From the IMG/VR virus record IMGVR_UViG_3300032180_000007, positions 1-64,000 of that record: a stretch of 64,000 bases of DNA. One strand, given 5' to 3'. Of this stretch, positions 34,100-44,139 are shown one piece after another; position 1 is the stretch's first letter, and every line of letters starts with the position of its first letter. The notes under the pieces were generated by a model. The model made no database searches. It worked only from the letters and a program-made list of their open reading frames with translations, and was not told the DNA's origin. A program made the translations under genes and the position numbers. The stretch comes from a virus.

Positions 34100-35128
34100 T
34101 TATTTAATCAACTTCAACGTAGTTCTTAACACATCAAGTAGTTGATTTAACGTGGCTCTGGCTTCTACATCAACGTTTGAACCGCCACTCACATTCGCAA
34201 TTACTGGTCCGACATTTCCAAAGTCTATCGAAGGCGCTTTGAATGTGATAGCGCCATTCGGAGCGATTTGTAGTCGCTCGTTTGCTATTTGATAACCGCC
34301 CGTCACTAAGCTGATTCCGCCGTTGATGCTTTCCGCAGCAATGGTTACACCGCCATCATCCAACCCTCGTACAAAGGTCGTGCGCGGCTTGAGAATCCCA
34401 TCTGCGGCAAAACCAGAATTAGTATAAGCGAAGATTCCGAATTCTTTGCCAGTGTTGGCATTCTTCCCAACACATACCCACGATTGCGCCGCAGGCCCAC
34501 TGTCCGAGTTTGTAATATGTATCTGATTCGCTCCATTCCAATTTCGCGCAGCATGAATTTTGGCATTCACGCTGGGTGTTTCAGTTCCAACCGCAAACGT
34601 ACTTCCAAAGAATCCCCCTTGTACTCCCCATCCACCGGGAGAAAAGAGAATGGGTCCACTCGGAGTAATGATCGCAAGACCGTTAGCGCCTTGACCCTCC
34701 AAAAACGTTCGGTTCGGCTTAAACATGGGGCCCAGTTCTGGAAAAGTTGAACCAAAATGCCAGAGCCCGCCGTATTGCCCTTGAACTCCAGACATACCCA
34801 CAAGAATGCCGGCCGCACCACTTGGATTGACGTTCTGAAAATATATGTCTGTTATCGCAGGGTTGTCGAATTTCCCGTAAATCGGGATGTCCGTAGTGGG
34901 TACTCCAGTTCCGATTCCAAGCTTTGCGAATGTGCCAGTGCCGCTCGCTGGCGGTACGGGTGGACTTCCCGGAGTTACCATAATCGCAAGTACGTCACCA
35001 CTCGGAGTATCAACACTCGCCGTTCCGCTTGCGGTTGGGTATACCGCCGTTGAACTACCATCAGCATTTCCAGTTATCGCGACGTTTTTTGTGACACCAG
35101 ATGGAACCGTAATTGAAATTTCGCTCAT
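34100..35128 (-). CDS. Gly/Thr/Ser-rich fibre- or decoration-like protein
   Basis: 342-aa beta-type composition. Confidence 0.7.
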   Translation of the reverse strand: MSEISITVPSGVTKNVAITGNADGSSTAVYPTASGTASVDTPSGDVLAIMVTPGSPPVPPASGTGTFAKLGIGTGVPTTDIPIYGKFDNPAITDIYFQNVNPSGAAGILVGMSGVQGQYGGLWHFGSTFPELGPMFKPNRTFLEGQGANGLAIITPSGPILFSPGGWGVQGGFFGSTFAVGTETPSVNAKIHAARNWNGANQIHITNSDSGPAAQSWVCVGKNANTGKEFGIFAYTNSGFAADGILKPRTTFVRGLDDGGVTIAAESINGGISLVTGGYQIANERLQIAPNGAITFKAPSIDFGNVGPVIANVSGGSNVDVEARATLNQLLDVLRTTLKLIK

Positions 35129-35200
35129 CGCTCTCCTTTTGGTTTTTTCTTAAAAGAAATTCGTCCGGGCCGTAGTTAGAAATGTGTTCACATAGTATCG

Positions 35201-37306
35201 TTAATTCCTCGCTTTGCCAGTGTAGATTAGCGTCTCACCGCTAAGCTTCTCGACTAACCTGATCATCCGTGTCATGTCGACGGTGATAAATCTGCCGTCA
35301 CGTTCTGAATAGACACTCCAGGCCATATCTTCCGACCGGCCTCCTGGAATTCGACGGAAGTTATGAGGTGACAGAAGCGTCTCATTTCCCGCCGCGTCCT
35401 TCACGTACTGCTCACCCGATCGCTGATACAAAGCGGTTGTTGACGCTCCAAGCGTCGGTGCCGTCGCCCCGTTATCGCCGAATACCAACACCTTGCCGGC
35501 GTTGGCAGAAGGGACCGTCGTTGTTCCAATGAGTGCGTTGCCGTTCACTGAGGCATTGCCAGCGCTGGTTAGCGTAAGGGTGCTTTTATAAGCACCCGCG
35601 GAGGTTATTCCGCCAAGGATTAAATCCATGTCAGCACCGGAAGTTAACCAATTACAAAAAACTGCTGCCGATGTTCCCCCGACCTGAATTACTACACCAG
35701 TGCCCGCCCCGTTGTTTTTATAGACATCAAACACCGCCTCAAGGGAAGTATTTGATGTATTACTCCTGATACTCGCCGCCGCTCCGCTGTTGCCAGTTTT
35801 ACTAGTACCGTTCCCGATATGAACTTCGCCATTTCCTTGACCTACAATTCGGAGCCCGATATTCGTATCGTCCCCAGTTGCGGTAAAAGACGGTTTACCT
35901 CCGGTTGCGGCATTAGCCAATGTAATTTCGTTGACTGCGCTCGTCGTGGCCGTGAGCTTCATCAACTCGTTGCTATTCGTATCATTGACACTTGTGACAA
36001 TATTCGGTGAAGTGAATACCTGAATCCCTGTGAATGTTTGGCCAGCGTCTCTGCGCGCTAAGGTCTGTGCTGCATCATCAATCGTCAGGGTTCGCGCAGC
36101 GGTAGGACCGCTGAACGTCAAGTGCTGGCTGCTAATCAGCAACTTGGTATCTGCATCAGGAAGCGTGACCGTCCTATTACCCGCTGGGGCTCCGGTAAGT
36201 TTTATCGAGTGACTCCCAAACGTCCCTGAACCGTATATGTACACATTGCGCCAAGGTGTAGCAGCCGCCCCTAGATCAAGCGTAGTTTGGGGAATCAGCG
36301 AAGCATTCACTGACACGGATGCCAAATTCGATAGCGCGGTATTGGCTCCACTTGAGCCGGACGCGCTCAACACAGCGCCCGACATAGATAAGCCAGAGCC
36401 TATCGAGATTTCTTCCACGGCCCCGGCGCTCGCGGTCGTTCGCCCCAGAAGTCGCGCTGTATTCTGAGTCAGCCCGCTTGCAGTGACGAGCCCTGGTGCG
36501 ACGTAATCCGTTCCCGCTCCAGCCGCGCTAAAGGCAGACGTACCGTTGCCTTTCACGAGACCGGTCAGCGTTGGTGCTCCCGTGCCTCCCTGAGCTACGG
36601 TCACTAATGCGTTGTCAGTTAGCACTGTCGCCGATGCGTCAGGGAGCGTGAAGGTCTTCTCCGTCGCGGTCGGGCCAGAGAATTTAGCGAAGCCATTACC
36701 CGTGCCTCCACGAGCGGACCCTAATATGCCGCTAGTGAGCTTAGAGACATCAAGAGAGGGGATGTCCGAGGCCGCAAGCGTATCCCACAACGAGGCATTA
36801 GCGCCCGACGCACGTAGGAATTTGTTCGCATCTCCAAGAACGGGAGAGGGCAAGAGGGATGTATCAACATTCAGTGTGAGCGCGGCTCCAAGAGCAACGG
36901 CGCCGCCTCCGGTCAACCGGTTCGCCGTCCCATTCACGGTCAACGAAGAATTGGCAAGTTGGGCATTGGTGATTCCCGCAGTCGCGCTTAATTCTGTCGT
37001 GGTTATTCCTGAGAGTCGGGCAAGGGGCAGGATGCCACTGTTGAGATCGGCTGCACTCCGAGTTGTGATGTCAGCTAAGCTTGACGTGGTTTTATTGATT
37101 TGAGCCCACGTGTAATCATTGGAGGCCGCGACAATCGCGCCCGTGCGCCCGAAGACCGATGTTACTTGAGCCAGTTGGCTGAATAAATTGGTGAGTTGGA
37201 CCTTTTTGCTCCCCGCAGCACCCAAAGAGACACGTTGTATCTCCATCAGGTCTGTACTGATCGGAGTCGTCAGCTCGGTAAGGTCTTTGATTTCAGAGTC
37301 AGCCAT
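35201..37306 (-). CDS. fibre-like protein
   Basis: 701 aa with recurring ..ARGGTG.. and ..AQGGTGA.. segments. Ala/Gly/Thr/Ser-rich. Confidence 0.75.
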   Translation of the reverse strand: MADSEIKDLTELTTPISTDLMEIQRVSLGAAGSKKVQLTNLFSQLAQVTSVFGRTGAIVAASNDYTWAQINKTTSSLADITTRSAADLNSGILPLARLSGITTTELSATAGITNAQLANSSLTVNGTANRLTGGGAVALGAALTLNVDTSLLPSPVLGDANKFLRASGANASLWDTLAASDIPSLDVSKLTSGILGSARGGTGNGFAKFSGPTATEKTFTLPDASATVLTDNALVTVAQGGTGAPTLTGLVKGNGTSAFSAAGAGTDYVAPGLVTASGLTQNTARLLGRTTASAGAVEEISIGSGLSMSGAVLSASGSSGANTALSNLASVSVNASLIPQTTLDLGAAATPWRNVYIYGSGTFGSHSIKLTGAPAGNRTVTLPDADTKLLISSQHLTFSGPTAARTLTIDDAAQTLARRDAGQTFTGIQVFTSPNIVTSVNDTNSNELMKLTATTSAVNEITLANAATGGKPSFTATGDDTNIGLRIVGQGNGEVHIGNGTSKTGNSGAAASIRSNTSNTSLEAVFDVYKNNGAGTGVVIQVGGTSAAVFCNWLTSGADMDLILGGITSAGAYKSTLTLTSAGNASVNGNALIGTTTVPSANAGKVLVFGDNGATAPTLGASTTALYQRSGEQYVKDAAGNETLLSPHNFRRIPGGRSEDMAWSVYSERDGRFITVDMTRMIRLVEKLSGETLIYTGKARN

Positions 37307-37307
37307 T

Positions 37308-37739
37308 TTATGTCGCTACAAGGCGCCGCGAGGAGCCGTCCGCAATCAATCTAATGCTGCCATCGGCCATGAGTCGGAAGTTTCCGGCTATCTCAAAAGT
37401 TTCACCAGTAGCATTCAGCATGAAAGTCCAAACACGCCGCCACGTCCCAGATGGTTTCTTTCTCCCGTCTTGAGCAATCCTATAGACCTTGGTATTGATC
37501 GAAAACGCTTGTGCTTGTTCAAGGTCACTCGCTGTAGCTGATTCTGATTCGGCGATTTTCAACACGATCAGCTCATTCGGGTCAACGCCTTCGGCTGCGT
37601 GCCAACCTGTAGAGAGAGTTAGAATCAATGAATAGCCTTTATCGGAGTCGTGATCGAGAAGATTGATAGTGGCTCCCGTACCGCGTGCGGCTTCTCGCAT
37701 TAGATCGAGAGCTTTTGCCGCTTGTGTCGTCAAGTCCAT
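37308..37739 (-). CDS. hypothetical structural-module protein
   Basis: 143-aa ORF. Confidence 0.65.
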   Translation of the reverse strand: MDLTTQAAKALDLMREAARGTGATINLLDHDSDKGYSLILTLSTGWHAAEGVDPNELIVLKIAESESATASDLEQAQAFSINTKVYRIAQDGRKKPSGTWRRVWTFMLNATGETFEIAGNFRLMADGSIRLIADGSSRRLVAT

Positions 37740-38233
37740 CAGGCAAGTCCCACCGATTCATACCGCGAGGCCATCGCCAAGCAATTATCAATCACATGAT
37801 TACGATCAAGTTGCTGACCGTCTACAACAGCCCGATAAGACTGGGCGGCAAGACCTGCTTTCAAGGTCCATCCGGCGCAGGCAGCACGGTTGAAATCCCA
37901 TCGTAGATCGTAATCTTTTCCATCTTCCTGCCAGACCAAATCGCCATCGCTGATAGTCGCATCGCGTGATAATGGGAAGTCGGGCTCTTCCTCTCCAGGC
38001 AGCCCATCATCGGTGAGCCTGATCAATCTATACCTGTGACCGTTCCGGACGGTCGGCATAATCATCAAGCCAACAAAAGGGCTTATGTCTCCGTCCTCGT
38101 CGCCCAACTCATCCCATAATGCAGCAAGCCGCGCCTCGTCAAGCAGGCTCCCCAATTCATCAGAAGACAAGGTCGGGTCCACCTCGAAGTCAACCATTTT
38201 GCCCAGTTTTGTCAAAGCTTCATCTCGCGTCAT
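37739..38233 (-). CDS. head-completion / connector candidate
   Basis: 164-aa acidic ORF downstream of the capsid genes. Confidence 0.6.
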   Translation of the reverse strand: MTRDEALTKLGKMVDFEVDPTLSSDELGSLLDEARLAALWDELGDEDGDISPFVGLMIMPTVRNGHRYRLIRLTDDGLPGEEEPDFPLSRDATISDGDLVWQEDGKDYDLRWDFNRAACAGWTLKAGLAAQSYRAVVDGQQLDRNHVIDNCLAMASRYESVGLA

Positions 38234-38559
38234 TTCTTCTGTTTCTTTTTCGACTGATCAACGGAAACAACTTGGCTCGTCGGCGTTGTCTCAGCGGCTT
38301 CGGTGCCGGTGTTAGTGAGCCCGTATTGCTTAGCCGTTTCAAGCGGAAGAACACCGCCCTTCGCCACGAGTAGGGTAAGCTTCTCAGGGTCTTTATTTCC
38401 TACTACTCGACCATCTTTAGTCAGGTAGTAACGTTCAGGAGAAACCCAAGTTCCTTTAGCCATGTATGTCCTCTCAGGTAGATCAAAGTGAACGGGACCG
38501 TAAGGCACGGTCCCTTTGCACGAAGCGTGATCCTGTCCACATATCAAGCAACGCATCAC
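38230..38559 (-). CDS. hypothetical protein
   Basis: 109-aa ORF with ATGA coupling. Confidence 0.6.
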   Translation of the reverse strand: MMRCLICGQDHASCKGTVPYGPVHFDLPERTYMAKGTWVSPERYYLTKDGRVVGNKDPEKLTLLVAKGGVLPLETAKQYGLTNTGTEAAETTPTSQVVSVDQSKKKQKK

Positions 38560-39446
38560 ACAGTCTGGAGATAATAGAGATCAACGGTCAGAGAGCCCAA
38601 CGTGTTGACCAGGCCAAAATCAGAAGCGCCGGTAACCGTCAACGTCACCGTTGCCGCAGTCAGATGATCCCGATTTCCACTGGGAGCGCCCATTTCTTTT
38701 TGCCCAGTCGTCAGCACTGACGGCGTACCTGTATTGTAGCGGTCAACGTCTGAGCCATCGCCAATTGTCAGCACGGCGGTGGTATCACCCGACAGTGCGA
38801 CGTTGACAAGAACCCGTGAGTACAAGAAGACCGCACCGGCAGGAATCTGCGTGGTCATCGTTTTCGTCCCGCTTGTGCCTGTACCGTCGGTGAACTCAGA
38901 AATCAACACCGTTTGGCTGATCTTTCCGATCTTCGGCACGCTCTGCTTGACCAAGGTGACCGATGAATCCTGCAACTCATTGGTCCCGACTTTGGCGACC
39001 GGCGTATCGAGATTGAAATCAATGATCCCCACGGTCGCGCTTTTCGTTACGACCACACCTACACGTTGGACCGTGTCGTCCGCACCCGATGGTGCGGTCA
39101 GAGTCCATCCGCCAGCCGTCGTAGACAAATAGACTGGGTCGCCAACGGCACTCGCGGAGTTCGTGTTCTGCGCGGTCAAACGGTGGGTCTTATAGACATA
39201 CCCATTCGAGCCATTCGCAATCGCATCACGAATGATGTATTCGGCGGGCGTCCCTCCTGCGTCCGCATCTGATGCCACCACCTGCGGCAAGCCACTTGTC
39301 GTGTCATACCCGGATAGATAAACCAATGTGCCTGCCGCAAGACTTCCACCTGTCGCATTGTGAACCTGGAGCGGTCTGGCTGATGCTGTCGCGAAACCGG
39401 TGCCGCTCTCGCGGGCTTGGCCGGCCGTCGGGTCAAGATACCCCAT
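38556..39446 (-). CDS. capsid-associated (decoration-like) protein
   Basis: 296 aa. The N-terminal part resembles the adjacent 118-aa DUF2190-like protein. Confidence 0.65.
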   Translation of the reverse strand: MGYLDPTAGQARESGTGFATASARPLQVHNATGGSLAAGTLVYLSGYDTTSGLPQVVASDADAGGTPAEYIIRDAIANGSNGYVYKTHRLTAQNTNSASAVGDPVYLSTTAGGWTLTAPSGADDTVQRVGVVVTKSATVGIIDFNLDTPVAKVGTNELQDSSVTLVKQSVPKIGKISQTVLISEFTDGTGTSGTKTMTTQIPAGAVFLYSRVLVNVALSGDTTAVLTIGDGSDVDRYNTGTPSVLTTGQKEMGAPSGNRDHLTAATVTLTVTGASDFGLVNTLGSLTVDLYYLQTV

Positions 39447-39502
39447 AGTCGTTTCTCCTTAAACAAGGCAGTCTACGGACTGCCTGTTATGCTTGTGCGA
39501 TT

Positions 39503-39859
39503 CTAGGACTCTGCTCCCCAAGTACCAACATCTTCCGTGGTCTCCCATTCACCGGCCTTGACGCATTCGACTGAGATGCGCTCCCCGATTGCGTTGGCAG
39601 TGATGTACTTGCCGGCCGCTTGTTGCACGCCAGTAGGTAGCGAGATTGTCTCGGTCCCGTTTGGATCGAGACGTAGCTCTTGCGCAGCCTTGACTACGAA
39701 GCGATACCACTGACCTACAGTCGCCGCTGGCAGGGCAAAGGTGACAGCTCCCGACGCGGCAGTGTTGGTGAACGTCTTGCCGACATCATTTGTGGTTACG
39801 GTGTAGTCAGCGGTTTTCGCTTCGACTGTCCGTAATGCTCTGCTATTCAGTGTTGACAT
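39503..39859 (-). CDS. DUF2190-like head decoration candidate
   Basis: 118-aa beta protein directly after the major capsid gene. Confidence 0.65.
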   Translation of the reverse strand: MSTLNSRALRTVEAKTADYTVTTNDVGKTFTNTAASGAVTFALPAATVGQWYRFVVKAAQELRLDPNGTETISLPTGVQQAAGKYITANAIGERISVECVKAGEWETTEDVGTWGAES

Positions 39860-39917
39860 GTTTCCTCCAAGTTTGGCGGGCCGTATCGCCGCGCTTAATT
39901 ATGCAGTCAGCTTCTTA

Positions 39918-41255
39918 TCACGCAGTCAAATCGGCTAAAACGAATGCTTTGGGTCTGAGCAAACCAAAGGCAGCCCTCATTTCTGCAAGTATTGCGACCA
40001 AATTTCGCACGAAGAAGTCGGAATGAGAATTGCTCATCGAGATTGCTGTCTCCATTCGGTCCCAGAGAACGGCCAGCTTCCAGTCAGCTACAACGGCGGT
40101 GCCCTCCGTCATTCCCTCTGACTCAATGACCGGCAATCCCCACAGTCGCGGCTCGCCTTCAGTGCGAGGCCCGCCCCAATAGAACCGACCTTCATTGTCC
40201 TTGAGCAAGTCGAACTGCTCCCAGTCGTTCGGATGCATGACCCAGGCTGTCGGCATCGCGCGCCCGGTCACACGGACTTTAGTTCGAGCCTTGCGGGTCG
40301 TCGTCACAATATCAGTTGTGAACGCCTGCGCTGTGGTGCCCGATACAGTGAGGACACCAGAGAAGTTCTCACCGCTCCCACTGCCGGTGAGAATCTGGTC
40401 TTCAAGCTCCTCCTCTACTCCATACCGGAGAAAGGCATCAATGTAGGTCCGAAGCTGGCCCGCATCTGCCAGCGCGCGCGTGGTAACCGGAATCCAATGC
40501 GCGATTGTCTTCACTGTCTCCGACACGCGCAGGGTGGCCAGTGCTGATTCGGGCTTTGCGCCACTTCCGTCACCCGTCGCGGTTGCTTCAGCAGTTGGCG
40601 CAGCCGCGTTAGTGACACCGGTTATCCGCACGTACTCGACAGTGTCGCTGCTTGTCTCACCGATGGTGATCAGATCGCGGATGTTCAGTGGGCGCCGGTA
40701 GGACTCATCCACAATCGGCTTGAAGTCAGGGAACACAAACGGCCCGCCGGTTGTCGATCCAGCCCCGGTGATAACAGCCTTCAAATATTCCATTATCTGA
40801 GATTCGCTGTATCGCCGACGAAGTAGGCTTTTCACCTGGACCTGCGGAGAGTTGATCGTCCTTTGAGCGCCGCTCTTGAAGCCCTGTTGATTCTGCTCCC
40901 GCCAACCCTTGAAGTTCTCATCCTCAAGGACGATATCGCTCAATGATTTGAACGGATTCATCCGGGTCTGAGCATCAGGGTCAGCACCGCTGAAAGGCGG
41001 TCGATTTGTTTTTGTAAGATCATCGTTACGAGCTTTAGTCTCGTCCCGCAGACCAAGGATTTCCTTCAAGGAACCGGCCTTTTCTTGCAGTTCCTCAATT
41101 TCCTTGTTGAGACTTTTTACTTGCTTGATTTCATCATCGGTTTCTGACCGGCTTGCTTTATCAGCCGCATCAAAAATTGCTTGGACCTGGTTGTTCTTGG
41201 TCGCTATATCAGTGAGCCACTGATTAAGCTCCTCACGTCGCTTATCTGTTTTCAT
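39918..41255 (-). CDS. major capsid protein, HK97-like
   Basis: 445 aa with an N-terminal coiled delta-like region. Sits after the protease. Confidence 0.85.
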   Translation of the reverse strand: MKTDKRREELNQWLTDIATKNNQVQAIFDAADKASRSETDDEIKQVKSLNKEIEELQEKAGSLKEILGLRDETKARNDDLTKTNRPPFSGADPDAQTRMNPFKSLSDIVLEDENFKGWREQNQQGFKSGAQRTINSPQVQVKSLLRRRYSESQIMEYLKAVITGAGSTTGGPFVFPDFKPIVDESYRRPLNIRDLITIGETSSDTVEYVRITGVTNAAAPTAEATATGDGSGAKPESALATLRVSETVKTIAHWIPVTTRALADAGQLRTYIDAFLRYGVEEELEDQILTGSGSGENFSGVLTVSGTTAQAFTTDIVTTTRKARTKVRVTGRAMPTAWVMHPNDWEQFDLLKDNEGRFYWGGPRTEGEPRLWGLPVIESEGMTEGTAVVADWKLAVLWDRMETAISMSNSHSDFFVRNLVAILAEMRAAFGLLRPKAFVLADLTA

Positions 41256-41264
41256 GAATATCTC

Positions 41265-42710
41265 CTAAATGGTTACGAGTTGTCGCGCTCTATGCTGAAG
41301 TCTTAGAGACTGCGACAACATTGCGCGTTTCTCCGTTTCGTCCGCCATCGGCTTCGACTCTTCCAGCAACGCTTGGCAGTCGTTTAACGCGCCTTGCATT
41401 GATTCAACAAGAGTCATCAGCCTGGAACGATTCTTTTCAGAGAGAACGCGACCCGCCTTTACACGCGCTCCATGGTTAGCTTTGTAGCGCGCAACAATTC
41501 CCTTCGTGGCGGATACCACCATTGAGGAGTGATCGTCGATATCAATACTCCGAGCGGAAAGGATATCCTCTTCACTCGGATTGATAAGAGCTTTCAAATA
41601 AAATTCGCGGTCCCCACCAGTCTCAACATAGTCCTCGATCTGGCCCTGGACCAGCATAACTAATCTGCTGTGATATTCGTTCGTCGCTTCTTCCAATAAC
41701 GGAGCTAGGTCAAACTCGGTTCCCGCAGCCGCATTGCCGGCCGCTGCCATTGCAAGTTTCCTTACAACGTCACAATAGACATTCCATAGCTGCCAACTCG
41801 TATAAGCCTGCTCTTCGAGTTGATCCTCAAACATTCCCTTGAGTGATTTGGGAGTTGCTTGCTCTTCAGCAAATTCCTTCAGAGTTTCATACTTAATTCC
41901 GAGCCCGCGAGACAGGGCCTTCAATCGGGATATAGACGGCCTCTTTTCGCCCTTCAGGATAGATTCAATGTCTGCTTCGTCGGTCATCGCCTCACGTGCA
42001 AGACTCTTAACGATATCAACACGTTGTCTGCCATCATCAACAAGATCATCAACGTATTGGGTGAGCCGCTCCGCGAGGGTCTTCATTGGCTTCTTAGGCT
42101 TCTTGGAATACTTTTCTTCGTCTTCCTCGCCCTCCAGCTTTAGTTCTTCCTTGTCTTCCTCTTCTTCGATTTTGGTGAGCTTGATGCCGGCTAGAGATTT
42201 TACCGTTATTGCTCTATTGAGCGGCTCCATCGGGCGGGGAGTCAGACTTCCCTCTGCTATCGGCCAACGTGATAGCCAGCCATCATCAGCGCGCTTTACT
42301 CTATGTCCGGGTGCGCCCGATGACCAACCGATCTTACCAGCCTTGACTGCTCCAAAAACCGCCTTCTCATAATCGTCGGCGATATTAAGGACTGTCTCCG
42401 CCCAGATTCCTATTGCATCGCGTTTGGTTTTCAGAGGCTTGAAGGTCCGGTCTGCAAGCGCCTCTATCGTCTTGAGCGTAGTAGCATCAACCGACTTAGT
42501 GTCGTCTGGCAGGATTGGAAAGCCATGCTCGAAGATACATTCCTGGCCGTCGCCGTCATTTGGCCCAAGGTAGCTTTTTACCGTGAAATAATCACCGCTC
42601 AGGTCTTTATGATCACCGACCTTGAATCTAACGAGATAACCACCTACGCGGCCCTTGTCGTCTAGAGCTTTTACGCAATCACCGAAGTAGAGCAGCACGT
42701 CATCAGGCAT
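41265..42710 (-). CDS. prohead protease / scaffold fusion candidate
   Basis: The N-terminus GYLVRFKVGDHKDLSGDYF resembles the S78 protease family. A central EEEDKEELKLEGEEDEE acidic helical scaffold-like region follows. Confidence 0.7.
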   Translation of the reverse strand: MPDDVLLYFGDCVKALDDKGRVGGYLVRFKVGDHKDLSGDYFTVKSYLGPNDGDGQECIFEHGFPILPDDTKSVDATTLKTIEALADRTFKPLKTKRDAIGIWAETVLNIADDYEKAVFGAVKAGKIGWSSGAPGHRVKRADDGWLSRWPIAEGSLTPRPMEPLNRAITVKSLAGIKLTKIEEEEDKEELKLEGEEDEEKYSKKPKKPMKTLAERLTQYVDDLVDDGRQRVDIVKSLAREAMTDEADIESILKGEKRPSISRLKALSRGLGIKYETLKEFAEEQATPKSLKGMFEDQLEEQAYTSWQLWNVYCDVVRKLAMAAAGNAAAGTEFDLAPLLEEATNEYHSRLVMLVQGQIEDYVETGGDREFYLKALINPSEEDILSARSIDIDDHSSMVVSATKGIVARYKANHGARVKAGRVLSEKNRSRLMTLVESMQGALNDCQALLEESKPMADETEKRAMLSQSLRLQHRARQLVTI

Positions 42711-42850
42711 TCAAGAGCCTCACGCTCAAGTTTGCCCCAACAGGATTGAGCCAAATATTACACGAGATTGGGATTTTGTCACGCAGAAAAATCTAGAGAG
42801 CCCGGCAACCGGTGTCCGTTTCCTGTTGGGTTTCGGTATGCGCGGGCTCC

Positions 42851-43258
42851 CTATTGCTTCAAGACTCTGCCTCTTAACCCGACCAATTCAAGCATCGTGA
42901 CGGTCGGCTCTGCATAATAAACCCGGCGACACTTAGATAGCGGACACCTACCAGCGAACCCATAACAGATACCAAGCTCGTCTAGTAGTATTTCCAGCAT
43001 CACAGTGATGTCACGATAGGCAATCTGTCGCTTCACATCCGTGAAATGGTTATGTCGGCAATAGACCGCTATCGTGTCCCATTGGTGGTTAGGCGGGCGA
43101 ACCAGGGTAAGATTATTGATTCCCGTGTTGAACAGCTCGGCAACTCTTCTTACGTTAGGAACAATCCAGATTTCGCCACTCAACTTACTGTAATAAGCGC
43201 GCAGACGATCCCTTCGCGATAAGAGTTCTGGAGTGCGTTTTATGAGTGCTGAAGTCAT
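42851..43258 (-). CDS. hypothetical protein
   Basis: 135-aa ORF with ATGA coupling upstream. Confidence 0.6.
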   Translation of the reverse strand: MTSALIKRTPELLSRRDRLRAYYSKLSGEIWIVPNVRRVAELFNTGINNLTLVRPPNHQWDTIAVYCRHNHFTDVKRQIAYRDITVMLEILLDELGICYGFAGRCPLSKCRRVYYAEPTVTMLELVGLRGRVLKQ

Positions 43259-43851
43259 CTATAAACCAATGCACATCGATCCCTAGCCAAACATGTTCTT
43301 GCACCAATCGCCGGCAAAGTTCCTATCTCTACCCATCCTTCTTTCGTCGCGGCGATGCAGCCATCACAGTGTTGTGCTCCGCGTTCAAGGATATTCTTTT
43401 CTTCAGAGAATCCCGCGTCAAGCATTCCGCCGCGTCGTGCGCCTTCGTATGTCCCCACGCCTGAGTCCGCATATAGAGTTGCCCTACTGATTAGAGCGTC
43501 ATTCAACTCTACGTCTCCGCTGTCGATTTCATTCGCCAGATTGCGTAGATATCCCGTCTCGCTTCTCATGCGCGCCCCTAACCGCCCCAGTTCTACCTGA
43601 GTAACTTGTTTATTCCCTCCAGCGGCGAGTTGAGTCATGGCCATGTGCATCGGCTTAATTTCGTCTCGCACCTGGAAATACCATTCGGAGGTATTGATTT
43701 CTCCATTTACAAGACGTTGGGTTATCGCCGCGACTCGCTCTTTTGTTCCATCAACGGCGGCATCTATCCATTCTCTGATTTGCGAGGCCGGAACCTGCTT
43801 GCCACGCTCCGTGATGTAGACTCGTCTCTCGGGATTCCATCGGTAGGGCAT
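43255..43851 (-). CDS. head morphogenesis protein (SPP1 gp7 / Mu F-like)
   Basis: 198 aa, follows the portal. C-terminal QHCDGC..ARTCLARDRC. Confidence 0.65.
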   Translation of the reverse strand: MPYRWNPERRVYITERGKQVPASQIREWIDAAVDGTKERVAAITQRLVNGEINTSEWYFQVRDEIKPMHMAMTQLAAGGNKQVTQVELGRLGARMRSETGYLRNLANEIDSGDVELNDALISRATLYADSGVGTYEGARRGGMLDAGFSEEKNILERGAQHCDGCIAATKEGWVEIGTLPAIGARTCLARDRCALVYR

Positions 43852-43854
43852 CGC

Positions 43855-44139
43855 TTAGCCGCAAGTGGGGCATCTATCAAAAACAGACGCAAGCCGTTGC
43901 AGCCATGACTGACGCCTTGGCTCACTGATCACCAAGGGAGACAAAAAAGAATGGCTAGGCGACATCACCATACATTTCACTCCGAACCGCTCGGTAAATT
44001 TGTCTCTTAGCGCCTCACACTCTTCAAGAGACACGGGAGTAGGCATAATTAGCAGATATCCTATTTGTCCGTTAGGGCTATCGATCTGATGTATCTGCAC
44101 TGTATAATCTACGAGGTGTTTAATACTTCGGATACTCAT
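43855..44139 (-). CDS. hypothetical protein
   Basis: 94-aa ORF with ATGA coupling. Confidence 0.6.
   Translation of the reverse strand: MSIRSIKHLVDYTVQIHQIDSPNGQIGYLLIMPTPVSLEECEALRDKFTERFGVKCMVMSPSHSFLSPLVISEPRRQSWLQRLASVFDRCPTCG

Noticed and set aside
36612-37103. 163-aa plus-strand ORF, with other plus ORFs, inside the 701-aa fibre gene
   Set aside because: These are antisense frames of a long, compositionally biased gene with no independent signals.
41839-42372. 177-aa plus-strand ORF inside the protease/scaffold gene
   Set aside because: It is a Ser/Leu-rich mirror of the acidic scaffold region on the opposite strand.
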